DNA of 64,000 bases from Octopus vulgaris. Taxonomy: Eukaryota. The position numbers and the translations under genes were made by a program. This document shows, in pieces, positions 27,683 to 41,707 of the stretch (position 1 is the first letter of the stretch; the number at the start of each line of letters is the position of its first letter). Below the pieces are notes generated by a model, which was not told the origin of the DNA, did not search any database, and saw only the letters and a list, made by a program, of their open reading frames with translations. The DNA is taken from the NCBI GenBank assembly GCA_951406725.2, contig OX597836.1, forward strand, positions 24,428,001 to 24,492,000. Direction: 5' to 3'.

Positions 27683-29711
27683 TGAATGAGAAAAGGAAGA
27701 AAATAGGAAAATATGTACCTGTTTGCGTGAAAGAGTTAAAACCTTCCAAAACCATTCATCTCTCAATAGACGCAAACACGCACGGAGAATATAGCAAATA
27801 GATTTCTCCGAAACAGTCGTCGCACTTGTAAAATACATTTAGTAAAATACAAATAGGATAAACATAAACATCCTAGTATCTTAATACCTTCTCCCAAAAG
27901 GTTGTTTAAACATAGGTTAAATTCTTCAAGGAAATAAAACTAATTGTTGCAACAATAACAGCTTCGTCAAATGTTTATTACGTTTTTGAAACATCGGTAA
28001 CCTCTTTTAATCATCAACAGAATTACGTTGTGAAATAGCAGCTTACTTGTATTAAATAGTAGACCACGGTGGTTAAGAATTCTATGAAGATAATAACAGT
28101 CTACTATAACAGACTAATATAAATTAGTACGGACTCATACCCAGTGAAGTGAAGCAAATGTAATTTTTAACCTATTGAAACTACAGCCATTAGTGTTAAT
28201 AACAATGTTTTGCAGGAAAGGCAAGGGAGAACATTCTGGCTTTTAGATTAATTAAATGGATAATGTAGTGTAAAATGAGTCTAATATCTTGTGTGATGAC
28301 AAATCAGGAATCAAGGTATGTTCCGGTGTTATTAGACCTCATCAACGAAGTATAGTCGACTTCAAAGCTATCAAATAAAAGACAACTTTTAGAGTATATA
28401 GATTTTGTGTGAAAATTATTCCCTGGTTAGATTGTTTGAGATTATGACACTGGACATTTTCCCAGAGGCTCCTTCCTTGTGAAGAATATATAGTTAAGGA
28501 CTAACCCACATACTTAGACTAGTGAGCCAAAAATAATATTGTTAACAAATGAAATTACACCCATAATGAAAAGGAAAGTCATCCGTTTTAATGATAATTC
28601 TTGGTAAGAGGGTAAGGGAGAGGATTAGATTATAGACAAACTTGCAGCATAAAACGCACCAGTATTGTACGTTAAGGACAGAAATAACCAATTGCATTTA
28701 AGAAAAAGTAAAAACAGAAGTACTGCTTGATTGCCAGAGGTTGAGTCTTTGATTTCACTCGTACTTCTAATGTACAAGGAGAAAATAAAATGAGAACGCT
28801 CAAACGAAAAGCGAAACTTCATTGCACACACTTCACTTTGTTTTCCAAGAACATACACTCGCCCTACGATGCACACTTAACGAATACTAAAGAAAACTGT
28901 CGTCAATTTGTGTTTAAAGAAATAAAAGTATTCTACGTACATGGGTGCAACTTTAAATTAAACATTTATGCCTCCCTTCCTATGGTTGCAATATTTTAAA
29001 CGCGCAATTTTTTTTTATTTGAAAATCCTTGCAACGTTAATCAATGTTTTCTCAAAGAATTTTTCTTGTGAGAAACATTTCTGAAGCATCCTAGATAGTT
29101 AGTCATAGTACTTCCTTGCTATATATTCCGTATTACAGAACACAGGAGACATTTGAGACGGGCTCAGATTTGGTTTTCTGTTATTATTCCTTTCATTTTT
29201 AGGATGCTTTAAAGAAATCTTAAACAGACCCAGTTACTTGACTGGCATTTTGTCGACCTTGGAAGAGATGAAGGTAATGGTGATCTTGGCAGGGTTTGAA
29301 CAACACAAAATTTAAAGGATCGTACCTAACACTGGAGGTAATTTTCCGACGCTCTACTGATTCTGCCAACAAATCCACTTGTAAAAATTCACTCGGATTA
29401 TTCGGCAATATACTAGATTGAAATGTGTTTTACAAACCTGGGAACGAAGGAAGACAAGGCTGGTACTGGTGAGATTTGAACTCGGAAAGTAATGGGATGT
29501 GACTAAATAACCACCAGGCATTGTGAAGGATGCTCTACTGATTCGTTCCCCCACCTTTTTACAAAATACAAGTAGCGCGGCAAATAGAAAGAGCTGGGGA
29601 ATAAGAGAATGAATTGGGGAGAGAGAGAGAAAGATAGTGATGTGGATGAAGACGTTGAAAGACAGAATCCCACGATGTATTTTACCAAATTTAATATGCA
29701 GTTATATTCCG

Positions 29712-29793
<82 letters not shown>

Positions 29794-30906
29794 TGTGTGT
29801 GTGTGAAAGAGAGAGAGAGTAGTGGGGCCTGCAAATAAGGTGATATCTTTAGGATACCCTCCTTGAAAACCAAAGGAAAAAAGAAACGTTAGGGAGATGA
29901 CATTTTATCAACTTCCACCTCCCTTTTGACTTGACTCCAGTATCTCTAAGATTATAAGATTGGATAGAAAGAAAGCGAAAATGACTGAAATGACTTCTAC
30001 TCCACCCAGCGAGTCGATTGCTTCTCACCAACTAAAGCACGGTTCCTTCCGCCTAACAAGTCAACCGATGACCTACTATCATAAATCACAACGAAATTGG
30101 CTCACATTCACGAAGAATCACGGTGTAAGAGGATCAGCTGCACGTGACATTAAAGTCTAGTGAAATATGACCAGGAATTTTTTCCCCGAATAAACTATAT
30201 TCTTGGCGAATTATGTCTCAAACCTCACGAACTTTGGGTTTGCTTCACTGAGCTTTTGATTCAACGCTGTTATATATGACAGCAGACGGCGCTAGTGGAC
30301 TGATTGCTGCGTATGTATACATGAGTGTGTATGAGTTTGTAGGAATGCTGTGATGTGTGCGTTGGACTATTTCTAATATTTTACTTTCTATCTATAACCT
30401 TCCGCCCGGTCATTATTTGTTTCATAGTCTTATTCAGGTGCTTATCATTCGAAGTCTTCTGCCAGGAATGGAACTCTTAAACTTTAATGCGCAGATGACA
30501 AACAAAAAAGGGTATCAATGAGTACCCCAACGACCAATAAAACAGATAACATTTGTACAAAACGTGACGGGAGAGTTGAAAATATTATTGGCCAGACCGA
30601 CAGACACTCTGTTATCGATAATATTCTAGAAAACCTGATCGTTCTGACGAAATATCGTTTACAATGAATATGAACAACTCATGGTCCTTAAACTAGTCGT
30701 TCAAGCCCTTATCCACATCATTTCAACTCTGAAGGTGTCACGTCAAATTCCGCAAGCAAGATATTGGGCGATGGCATTTAAAAAGGAGTTGGAGAGATGA
30801 GCTAAATTTAGATAATTGACAGAGTTTAGTACTGTGTCAAAGAGTGCTTTTCTTTTGGCTTTTCATCTGTGTGCGTGTGTGTGTTTGTGTATACATACAT
30901 ACAAAG

Positions 30907-30980
<74 letters not shown>

Positions 30981-31664
30981 ATCGTTAGTCCGACAAAATA
31001 TATTTTGTAGGATTAACGATTATGGATTAGATAATAATGTTATCTTTGAGTACTTTAATCTACGTAGCTGGGCATAGCACATTTTGAACCTGTCACCCCA
31101 TGTTTCGATGCACTGCCCTGATACCATACACCACCGATCATACAAACAAGCAACACGGCCATGAACACAGAACTGTACGGGTGTCCAAACGGGCATTTAG
31201 GAGCGTTGACGGCCGGCAGTGAGAACAAACGACGAAGTTGGCCAATGTGTGATTTTATTACTCTGCGGATTCAGTGATGAGTATAAACGCTGCTTGTTAA
31301 TGAGTCGCAAAGCCTCATCGATGTTACCTAGAAATACCCGTATGATCTAATATGATCTAATATATAACAAAAGGAAGATATGGCTTGTACGGCACAACGC
31401 TAACTTGCTTTACCATTCATAATATCACCCAAAGCAAAATAAATATTAAGATAATTGAGTATTACAATTGGTTACGGGTCAAAGAATTTATTAGCTTTAC
31501 GTTTCAAGATTTTATGCAGAGCCACATTCTACAGATAAGATTCTTCCACAATCCCAGGAGTTTTGATAAATCTACTCATCACTACCTTCAAGAATTGGTA
31601 TCTCGGGTGCCTCTTATATTTTTACACGCTATTGTCAAATAGCCGTTGGACGTATGCACTGCCA

Positions 31665-31770
<106 letters not shown>

Positions 31771-31809
31771 TAACCTATCTATATATCTATCTATCTATTA
31801 TCTATCTAT

Positions 31810-31861
<52 letters not shown>

Positions 31862-31959
31862 ATATTTCTATGTATATATGCATGAGTGTGCATGTATGTT
31901 TTTATGTATGTATGGGTGTATGTATATATTACACGCACATTCATGCAAATTCTTTTTCT

Positions 31960-32162
31960 TCTGTTCTTTTATTTTGTTTCAGTCATTTGACTGCGGCCAT
32001 GCTGGAGCACTTCATTTAGTCGAATAAATCGACCCCATGACTTATTCTTTGTAAGCCTAATATTTATTCCGTCGGTTCCTCTTGCCGAACCACTAGATTT
32101 CGGAGACGTGAACATAGCAGCATCGGTTGACAAGCAATGGCGGGGAGACAAACACAGACATA
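31960..32162 (-). mobile_element. SINE family A, 3' half
   Basis: TTGTTTCAGTCATTTGACTGCGGCCATGCTGGAGCAC plus body. Confidence 0.75.
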
Positions 32163-32351
32163 TATATATATCGTTTTGGGATTTGATTTGCAAGATTCTT
32201 CATGTGAGTTCGTGTGTTGAAGCATATTCTATTGTCTGAGGAGAGTCATTTTCGTTGTGTCTTGCAACCTTTTCAATAGTCTTGACCGTCCGTTATTTAA
32301 GTGGAATTTTTACCGATAAGTGTGTTAAATTTTAAGACACAAAAAGAAAAT

Positions 32352-32705
32352 GACTGAGTTCAAATTCCGCTGAGGTCGACTTTACCTTTCTTCCTTTCGG
32401 GGTCGATAAATTAAGTATCAGTTACGCACTGGGGTCCATATAATCGACTTATTCCGTTTGTCTGTCCATGTTTGTCCCCTTTGTGTTTAGCCCCTTGTGG
32501 GTAGTAAAGAAATATGTATTTCGTCTGTCTTTACGTTCTGAGTTCAAATTCAGGAGAAGGGGTGGTCAATGGGTATTTATTTTATCGATCGCGAAAGAAT
32601 GAACGGCAAAGTCGACCTCGTCGGAATTTGAACTCAGAATGTAAGGACGGACGAAATGCTGTTTGGCACTGCCCGGCGTGCTAATGATTCTGCCAGCTCA
32701 CTGTC
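32352..32705. mobile_element. Two SINE family B copies in opposite orientation (+ 32352-32550, - 32575-32705)
   Basis: CTGAGTTCAAATTCCGCTGAGGTCGACTTT on +, and AAAGTCGACCTCGTCGGAATTTGAACTCAG about 250 nt later. Confidence 0.75.
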
Positions 32706-32712
32706 TTAATTA

Positions 32713-32755
<43 letters not shown>

Positions 32756-32761
32756 AATAAC

Positions 32762-32792
<31 letters not shown>

Positions 32793-32901
32793 TACTCATG
32801 TATTGAGCTGTATTTGTTGCATTTGTTCTACCAAAGCTATATGTTTGTGTGTATGTGTATGTGTGTGTGTGTATGTGTGTATGTGTGTGTATGTGTGTGT
32901 G

Positions 32902-32951
<50 letters not shown>

Positions 32952-33220
32952 TGTAATTAGATGAAGATGGGGAAGAAAACATGAATGGAATGATATTAAA
33001 AGTAACGTAGGAGAGGAAGAGGATGAGGAGATGGAGAAAAGAAGTGGGGTGGGAGCGGGTGTAAAATATTTGGAAATAGGAGTATACCTGATGTCTCTTG
33101 ACTTTAAAACACTCTCGTGATAACCCGACACGTTTATGTCACGTGATTTGTATCTTCTTCTCCCCCCCCCCCCTCCGCACAAAACACACCCACACACGCC
33201 TTCTACCTTGTTTTCGAGAA

Positions 33221-33650
33221 GGCGGCGGCGGCGTGTCGGTGGTGGTGTCGGTGGTTGTGGTGGTGGTGGTGATGGTGGTGGTGGTGGTGGTAGTGGTGTC
33301 GGTGGTGGTGTCGGTGGTGGTGGTGGTGTCGGTGGTGGTGTCGGTGGTGGTGGTGATGGTGGTGGTGGTGGTGGTAGTGGTGTCGGTGGTGGTGTCGGTG
33401 GTGGTGGTGGTGTCGGTGGTGGTGTCGGTGGTGGTGGTGGTTGTGGTTTTGGTGGTGTCGGTGGTGGTGGTGGTGGTGGTGGTGGTGTGGTGGCAGCGGC
33501 GGAGGTGGCGGTAGTGGAGGCGGCGGTGGTCGCGGCGGCAGCGGTGGTGGTGGTGGTGGTGGTGGTGGTGGCGGCGGCAGCGGTGGTGGTGGTGGTGGTG
33601 CTGCTGCTGCTGGTGCTGGTGACGGTGGTGGTGGCGGCGGTGGTGTCGGT
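33221..33650. repeat. (GGT/GGC)n compound microsatellite with an 84-bp higher-order duplication
   Basis: The GAT interruption at 33271 recurs at 33355 with the same pattern of AGT/GTC interruptions. Confidence 0.85.
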
Positions 33651-33900
33651 GCTTCTCGGCCTCTATATCGGAACGAACTGGTCAACGCAGGGCATGCATA
33701 TATAATTGCAATACAGTGTGGACTGGAAGTTCGGGAGATTCTTCTTTTTTTTCCTCCCCTTTGTTCTTAGTTTCATCAAGTTAATATATTTCCCATCGTA
33801 CAACATTTCCTGTCTTCTTTAACTTTACTTCCTGTCATACATACACACGCGCGCAAACACACACACTGATTTATGTGTGTCTATGTGTGTATATATGTCT

Positions 33901-33951
<51 letters not shown>

Positions 33952-34239
33952 CACACGCACATATATACATGTATGTATATGTGCCTATATATCGTTTAAT
34001 TTCCTTCTCACGCTTTTTACTTTGTATTTATGTTCTGTTTGTATTGTGTTTTTTTTTTTTGTTTTGTTTTGTTCCCAATCCATAATTCTCTCTTTCATCT
34101 ACCATAGTCACTGAAATACCTCTGCCTTTTACTCATATATACATATATGTATGTGTATTTGTGTGTGTTTGTGTATATGGTGAGTGAGTGTTTGTGCGTG
34201 TGTGTGTGAGTTATATATATATATATATATATATCGAGG

Positions 34240-34615
34240 CTCTTCGTCGGTTACGACGACGAGGGTTCCAGTTGATCCGATCAACAGAACTGCCTGCTCG
34301 TGAAATTAACGTGCAAGTGGATGAGCATTCCACAGACACGTGTACCCTTAACATAGTTCTCGGGGAGATTCTGCATGACACAGAGTGTGTCAAGGTCGGT
34401 TCTTTGAAATACAGGTACAACAGAAACAGGAAGAAAGAGTGAGAGAAAGTTGTGGTGAAAGAGTACAGCAGGGTTCGCCACCACTCTCTGCCGGAGTCAC
34501 GTGCAGCTTTAGGTGTTCTTGCAAAATAAACACTCACAACGCCGGGTCTGGGAATCGAAACCGCAATCTTACGACCGCGAGTCTGCTGCCCTAACCACTG
34601 GGCCATTGCGCCTCA
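34240..34615 (-). mobile_element. SINE family C copy
   Basis: Reverse complement of 53173-53560 along its whole length. Confidence 0.85.
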
Positions 34616-35514
34616 CACACACACACGGAAAAATCTGGGTTTCACAGCAACGAACTTTGTTTCGTGTTGTTTTTTTCTTTTCCAGGTTATTTCGCATGCT
34701 TTCAACGACTGTGACATCGAAATCACGCGTGACATCAACGACTGTGACATCGAAATCACGAATAAACGGCTCCTTTCCTCACAAAAGGAAAGACCTGCCT
34801 GTTATATCTTGCATGCCCTGCTACCATGTAACAGGTATTTCGGGTCCTTTATCGCAAATATATGTTACGTGGTGGTATGACGTGCTAGAAATATCTTTGG
34901 AAGTGAGATCCGTTGGATACACTCGAAAAGAACCTATGGAATAAAACTACTTCACACTGAGGTTATGAATGAGTCTTTTACGAAATATTTACCGTATTTT
35001 TAAAATCATTTTCACTTTAGAATATTCCTTAAATACGCCAAAAAATTTGTAACTGTATTCACTTAAAAATAATTGACAAAATCATTTAAATATTGTCTGT
35101 TCAAAGAAAGTTAAATTATAAATACTTACTGTACAAACAACTAACATTTATGAAATCACATTCGCTTAGAAATATTTCTAAAGGATTAAAAATATTGTGT
35201 TTAACAAAAGCGAAAATAAAAACATTTACTGTAAAAAAGTTGTATATTTTCGTTGTCAACTCACTGTGCCTCATAAGACAAGAGTTTCTTCCTTTTCAGG
35301 ATGAAGATTATTTTCGGGACATTTTCCCATTATTCACCGTTTTGGGTATTTATACCCCTAAAACCTCTAATATCTCGAAAACCACTTTACCGATTTACGC
35401 GTAACTTGCTTCGTTTCGTCCGTATTAACATTTCAGGGTAAACTTAATTCATAGTATTTTCCCCATTATGCGCCCGTTTGGCTGAGTAACATTGCAAGCA
35501 AGATTCAATCTGAC

Positions 35515-36095
<581 letters not shown>

Positions 36096-36171
36096 TGTGT
36101 GTGCGTGTGTGTGTAAGAAATAAAAATGACCATCCTGAAATATAACAATAACAATATATATGTATATATGT

Positions 36172-36232
<61 letters not shown>

Positions 36233-37339
36233 GAGTAAGAAAGAAAGAAAGAAGAAAAGAAAGAACGAAAGAAAGGGAAGGAGAGAAGGGGAGAGAGAGG
36301 GAGAGAGAGAGCAGGTGTCCAGAATGTTGCCATGAGGTTAAATCTCTAATAATGCTTCGCTATCTTAATTAACGTTGATTGAATTAAAATAGCAAACCCT
36401 TGCTTGTCTCCCACTTTTATCAATTTAAACAGTCTCTTCTCTCTTTCCACACACGAACCTTTCTTCTTTTCTTATATTTTTCTCTCTTCTCTTTCTCCCT
36501 CATTCTGTGTATCTTTCATCCCCATCGCCCCTCTCTCTCTCTGTCTTCATCATTCTGTTACTTTTTCAATTTATACCACCATCTCTTCTCTCTTCGTTTG
36601 TTTCCTCCCTTTTTTTTTATCATTCGCCATTGCCCCGTTCTTCTTGCTTCTCGGTCACATTTTCTCATTACACTTTCTTTCGTACTAGTGATTCATTCAA
36701 GCTTCATTTACCCATCCTTCTGGCTTTACATCCTACTTTACTTCTGGCTTTATTAGCTCATTCACTTCCGGTTTAATATCAGTGACGTCATAAATAATGA
36801 CGGAACTCATTTGTGAATGTAGCTTGCCTTTAATCTTTTCGGGGTCGATTAGGTTTATTCACTAGCTGGTGTCAGGCAGTGACGTACCCTACCCACCACC
36901 GATCGTTTTACTTCTCGTACCATTAAAAAAACACAAACTTCATTTATATATTGCCGACTCAGATCGACAGACAACATAATTTGCACCGTTTATTAATGTG
37001 CTTTTAGATTCTGGGATCGAATCCTGCTAAGATCTAGATTAATATTTCTCTTTCTATACGATAAAATAGGAACCGGTTAATCCTGGCCTGGCTATGATCA
37101 ACATCTCGCTACTCTCAAATTTCTAAACTTGTGTCTCTGTAAACAATCGTTATTATTTATTTTCATGTGGTTAAAGAGTTTTCTTTTAAAAAAATGTAGA
37201 TATGTTTAAACAGGTTCTTACTAGCATAAAGAATTGGGAAATCCATTCTTTACTCGCACATGTACATATGTAAATGTGTATATATGTACGTCATCTCTTT
37301 CTCCCTATCTCTCTCTCTCTCCACACACACACACACACG

Positions 37340-37388
<49 letters not shown>

Positions 37389-37391
<3 letters not shown>

Positions 37392-37797
37392 TGGCTGTGT
37401 GGTAAGTAGCTTGCTAACCAACCACATGGTTCCAGGTTCAGTCCCACTGCGTGGCACCTTGGGCAAGTGTCTTCTACTATAGCCTCGGGCCGACCAAAGC
37501 CTTGTGAGTGGATTTGGTAGACGGAAACTGAAAGAAGCCCGTCGTATATATGTATATATATATATATATATGTGTGTATGTTTGCGTGTTGTGTTTGTCC
37601 CCCCCCCCCCCAACATCGCTTGGCAACCGATGCTGGTGTGTTTACGTCTCCGTAACTTAGCGGTTCGGCAAAAGAGACCGATAGAATAAGTACTAGGCTT
37701 ACAAAGAATAAGTCCTGGGGTCGGTTTCCTCGACTAAAGGCGGTGCTCCACCATGGCCACAGTCAAGTGACTGAAACAAGTAAATGAGTAAATGAGA
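37389..37797 (+). mobile_element. SINE family A, near full length, low divergence
   Basis: Close match to the copies at 43763, 46101 and 49068. Confidence 0.85.
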
Positions 37798-39286
37798 TAT
37801 ATAAGCGTATATATCTATGTATGTATACATTCCTTTATATATATGGGTGGATTTATAGATGGATATATATGCATGTACATAGAGCGAGAGAGAGAGAGAG
37901 AAAGAGAAAGAAGGAATGCATGCGTGTGAAAGGTTAGAGGGTTCGGTGGATGCATGGCTGTGTAAATGTTTGTAAGTGTAAGTGTTGGCCTATATGTGAG
38001 TTAGATATGCATGTATATTTGTATACCTGGATATGTGTATATGCATATATGTATGTATACAGGTATGTGTGTGTATGTAAGTAAATATATACATATACAC
38101 ATCTACATAGATATAATTGTGCAGGTGTGTATGTATACATATGTATGTGTATGCACGTATGTATATATGTTTGTATGTGGATACACGTACATTTGTAAAT
38201 TTATATATTTGTATATCTTTATATGTGCCTAGAGACGTCCATCTCTATGGAAATTGCTTTATCCTGACGCATTTATTTGGATGCATACCTAACAAAATGC
38301 AGTTGCATACATTTGTCTTCAGTTGTATAGGATGTAAGCGGATTTAAACCTAATAAATATCTTACTGTAACATGGTCTTATTAATCCAAACCTGTCTGAA
38401 ATACCCAGTTCAAAATTTGTTAAAAAAAGCTACTAACACAAATATCATCTACAGGCTCCTGTCAGGCGCTACTGTGTGACAGATTGAATTGAATTATAAA
38501 CGTTCTTTCATGGACCCTAAACCAAACACAAATGACAAACTTGTTTACGAAGAATCTTGATTAGTCACAAGAAAACATATATCGTAACTTGAAAATGATA
38601 CATCTTTATTTCCATGCCTGATTAAACCTTTAACAATCAACCACTATCAAACCAGATTAACTCTCTCTACCACACCTTTCCCCGACCCTAGAAAAATAGA
38701 CATTTCTTCTATAATTCTCTTTCCTCACCTTCCTACACAGCCATTTCCCTTGTCTGCATTCACCACACGTAATTCTCATTGACATTACTTCACCTACTAA
38801 AGGTATATATCTATATATTGACAGGGAGAGACAGACAGATACAGAGAGAGGGATGGAGGGAGAGAGAGAAATGATGGTGTTTACAAAGCGTGTGGAAATG
38901 TTGACTTCTATAATCTGGACCAATCAAACGTCACCAAACCAAGAATTCCATTATTGGATTTCTGTGGAACTTCTGGCAATGAGTTTGAATTCCGTCGACG
39001 GCACCAACTGCTAGATTTACAGCAATTTACCCAAGAAGTATTTGGCCAAAAATTAGGCCAAGAACGTCGATTTTGTATTTTGAAACATTTTAGCATGCTT
39101 CTGATACTGATTTCAACTTAGTTAAAAATTAAGAGATTGTGGTAATTCGATTTATTTTCGAGAGAATTCCACTGGTATTTTTTACAGCAAAGTCAGCCTC
39201 ATTAAACTCTGTTTCTGGTAGAGTATTACAGTATACAATAGCTATAATGACGTTAATGAATTGTAAATATAAATAACGTAGTTAAT

Positions 39287-39412
39287 ACTTATGTGTAAGA
39301 CTGTAAGTGACAAGTCGTCAAATGTGAAAGACTTACGTGAAAGACTGTAAGTGACAAGTCGTCAAATGTGAAAGACTTATGTGAAAGACTGTAAGTGACA
39401 AGTCGTCAAATG
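39287..39412. repeat. 44-bp minisatellite, about 2.9 copies
   Basis: Unit ACTTATGTGAAAGACTGTAAGTGACAAGTCGTCAAATGTGAAAG starts at 39287, 39331 and 39375. Confidence 0.9.
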
Positions 39413-39989
39413 ACCATAAATAATCATAAGGTAACAAATTAATGACTTGATAATTCACACAACTAACAGATCATATACAGATAACTTGTGACCCAGACAA
39501 ATCATAGACAGTCAAATCATAAACAAATATGCCATGGTACTGTAACAAATCATTAAATGGACAATTATATCATATCACACATAGATAAATCATAAATTGA
39601 CAAATACGTGGTGAAACGAACTCCTTTTTTTCTTTCTATAAGCCCGGTACCTGGGCTTTCGTTGATTGTTTTAGCTACCTATGCTGTCACGAGCAGATAC
39701 AGACACAATGCCGGCCCTCCCACTTCTCCTGAAATTGTGGAACGTCGAAGATGTGACAGCTACAAAGAAAGAGAACTGTACCAGCATTAGGCTGATATAA
39801 ATTCTGTCTGAATAAACTGACGCGACGCAAAGAGGAGTATCTTGCCAACACAGCATACTGCCTCTTCCAGCGACTGAATTCGCAACCGTTCGTCAGTTCA
39901 ACATTCTCACCGATAGGCTAAGCGTCTTCACCAAATAGATATTTACTTATATGTATATGGGAGCATCAGCAGGGCCTCTAGCTAAAACC

Positions 39990-40215
<226 letters not shown>

Positions 40216-40610
40216 GGAAAAGTAAAGACTATTAAAAGACGAAATTGCAAAAATGTGGACTATGAGGAGAGTGTCTATCATACCAGTAGTTGCAGGGTCA
40301 CTCGGAGCACTAACAACCAAGTTCGAGAAATATGTAAGAGAAATAGGAATTGATACGAGAGCAGAGCAAGCCCCCAAAACTGCTCTGCTGAGGACAGCTA
40401 GGATTTTGAGATTGGAACATGGATGTTGAATATCTCTCACGATAATTAACCGAGTATCAAAGCTCATGATGTGCGGAAAAAGGCCCTGTAATATCTCTGG
40501 CAGCAGGTTGCCTGTCCGCTCTCACAGAATCTACCAGAATAAACAAGACCGAACATTCTGAGAAGTAAAACAACAACTACAATAATAATAATGATAATAA
40601 TAATAATAAT
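40216..40610 (+). mobile_element. 5'-truncated R4/Dong LINE 3' end inside (AAT)n
   Basis: LKDEIAKMWTMRRVSIIPVVAGSLGA...KTALLRTARILR...*, then a short 3' UTR and an (AAC/AAT)n tail. An (AAT)n/(GAT)n array lies immediately upstream. Confidence 0.8.
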
Positions 40611-40682
40611 ACATATTCATATGTATATATATATACACATACATATATATACACACACATATACATATATATGTATATATCC

Positions 40683-40747
<65 letters not shown>

Positions 40748-40887
40748 TATATTAAATTAGAGATAAAACCACTATTAGACAAATCAAAGAATGAAAAACT
40801 TAAACCAATACATAAAATTAATTAATTTATATTATTTTAAATATATATCAAAAGTATTAAAAGTTTAATAAAAGATAAAGAGTAAAA

Positions 40888-40956
40888 CACTACGATCGTT
40901 TCATGGCTGTCCAATTCGTAATAATTCGAGTTATGGTTACAGTCAATCTTCAGGTA
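40888..40956 (-). ncRNA. Type I minimal hammerhead ribozyme (Penelope-like element type), antisense to Wnt10
   Basis: Minus strand reads TAC-CTGAAGA-T-TGACTGT...ACAGCCA-T-GAAAC-GATC-GTA-GTG. The core is intact, stem II pairs 6 of 7, the stem III loop GATC is palindromic, and stem I is a short 3 bp. Confidence 0.7.
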
Positions 40957-40975
40957 ATTCAAATATTTATCTTAG

Positions 40976-41705
40976 CGATATATATATATGTATACTATTT
41001 CTCTCTCCCCTTCTGTGTTCCTTAAACACTTATACCCCCCCCCCCCCCACACACACACACTCATAATATATATATATATATATATATATATACATTTATT
41101 CCTTTTTAAAACGTTTTCTTTATTTTCTGCTTTCTCATTTTATTACTGGTTTTTCATTTTATTTTCATATTTCCCACACGGCAATACACTGACAACTGTT
41201 TGTTGATGACGGAATATCAACATTTACATTTGGTCTTAAATCAACTGAAATTCTATACCAACTTCCGCGTGATTCAAAAATTACCCACACTGGAACTCTT
41301 GGTCACGATGATCTACATGGAACTGTTATAAATTCTTGGAATGAAACAATTTCTTATTCTGAAATGCTATCTTTCATGTCCACAACAACATCAAAATATT
41401 CTGCGTTTTACATTCATAAAAAATGCCAACATTGAATGTACCAAATTCTCCGAATTATTCTTATAAACATTTACACGCCTATAACATTTTATACCACAAA
41501 CATATTTGTAAAATTGAAAATGCATAACTGCAATCGCATATCTTACCTACGAATATATCACGCATGCTCACACTTGCACACATATCTTTACGCATAAACA
41601 CATCCACTATATATGAATATATGTGTTTACACACGAATGTAAACGAATATATAAACGCATGTCTATCTTTATATCTTTGCACTGGGGATATGGTGGGGGT
41701 GAAAC
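40976..41705 (+). promoter_or_regulatory. 730-nt AG-exclusion zone before the exon-2 acceptor (putative distant branch point region)
   Basis: The last upstream AG is at 40974-40975 and the next AG is the acceptor at 41706-41707 (checked line by line). Pyrimidine tracts lie at about 40998-41022 and 41098-41175. There is no pyrimidine tract next to the acceptor. Confidence 0.8.
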
Positions 41706-41707
41706 AG

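Noticed and set aside
33136-33705. Gly-rich (or Pro/His-rich on the minus strand) structural protein gene
   Set aside because: All frames are open because of (GGT)n, and there is no convincing signal peptide or splice or polyA context.
38869-39121. Stop-free frame NDGVYKACGNVDFYNLDQ...LILIST as an extra exon
   Set aside because: No recognisable homology, no start codon in the frame's first part, and it is preceded by a purine-rich tract rather than an acceptor.
39287-39412. CRISPR-like repeat array
   Set aside because: The units are contiguous with no unique spacers, the context is eukaryotic, and there are no cas genes.
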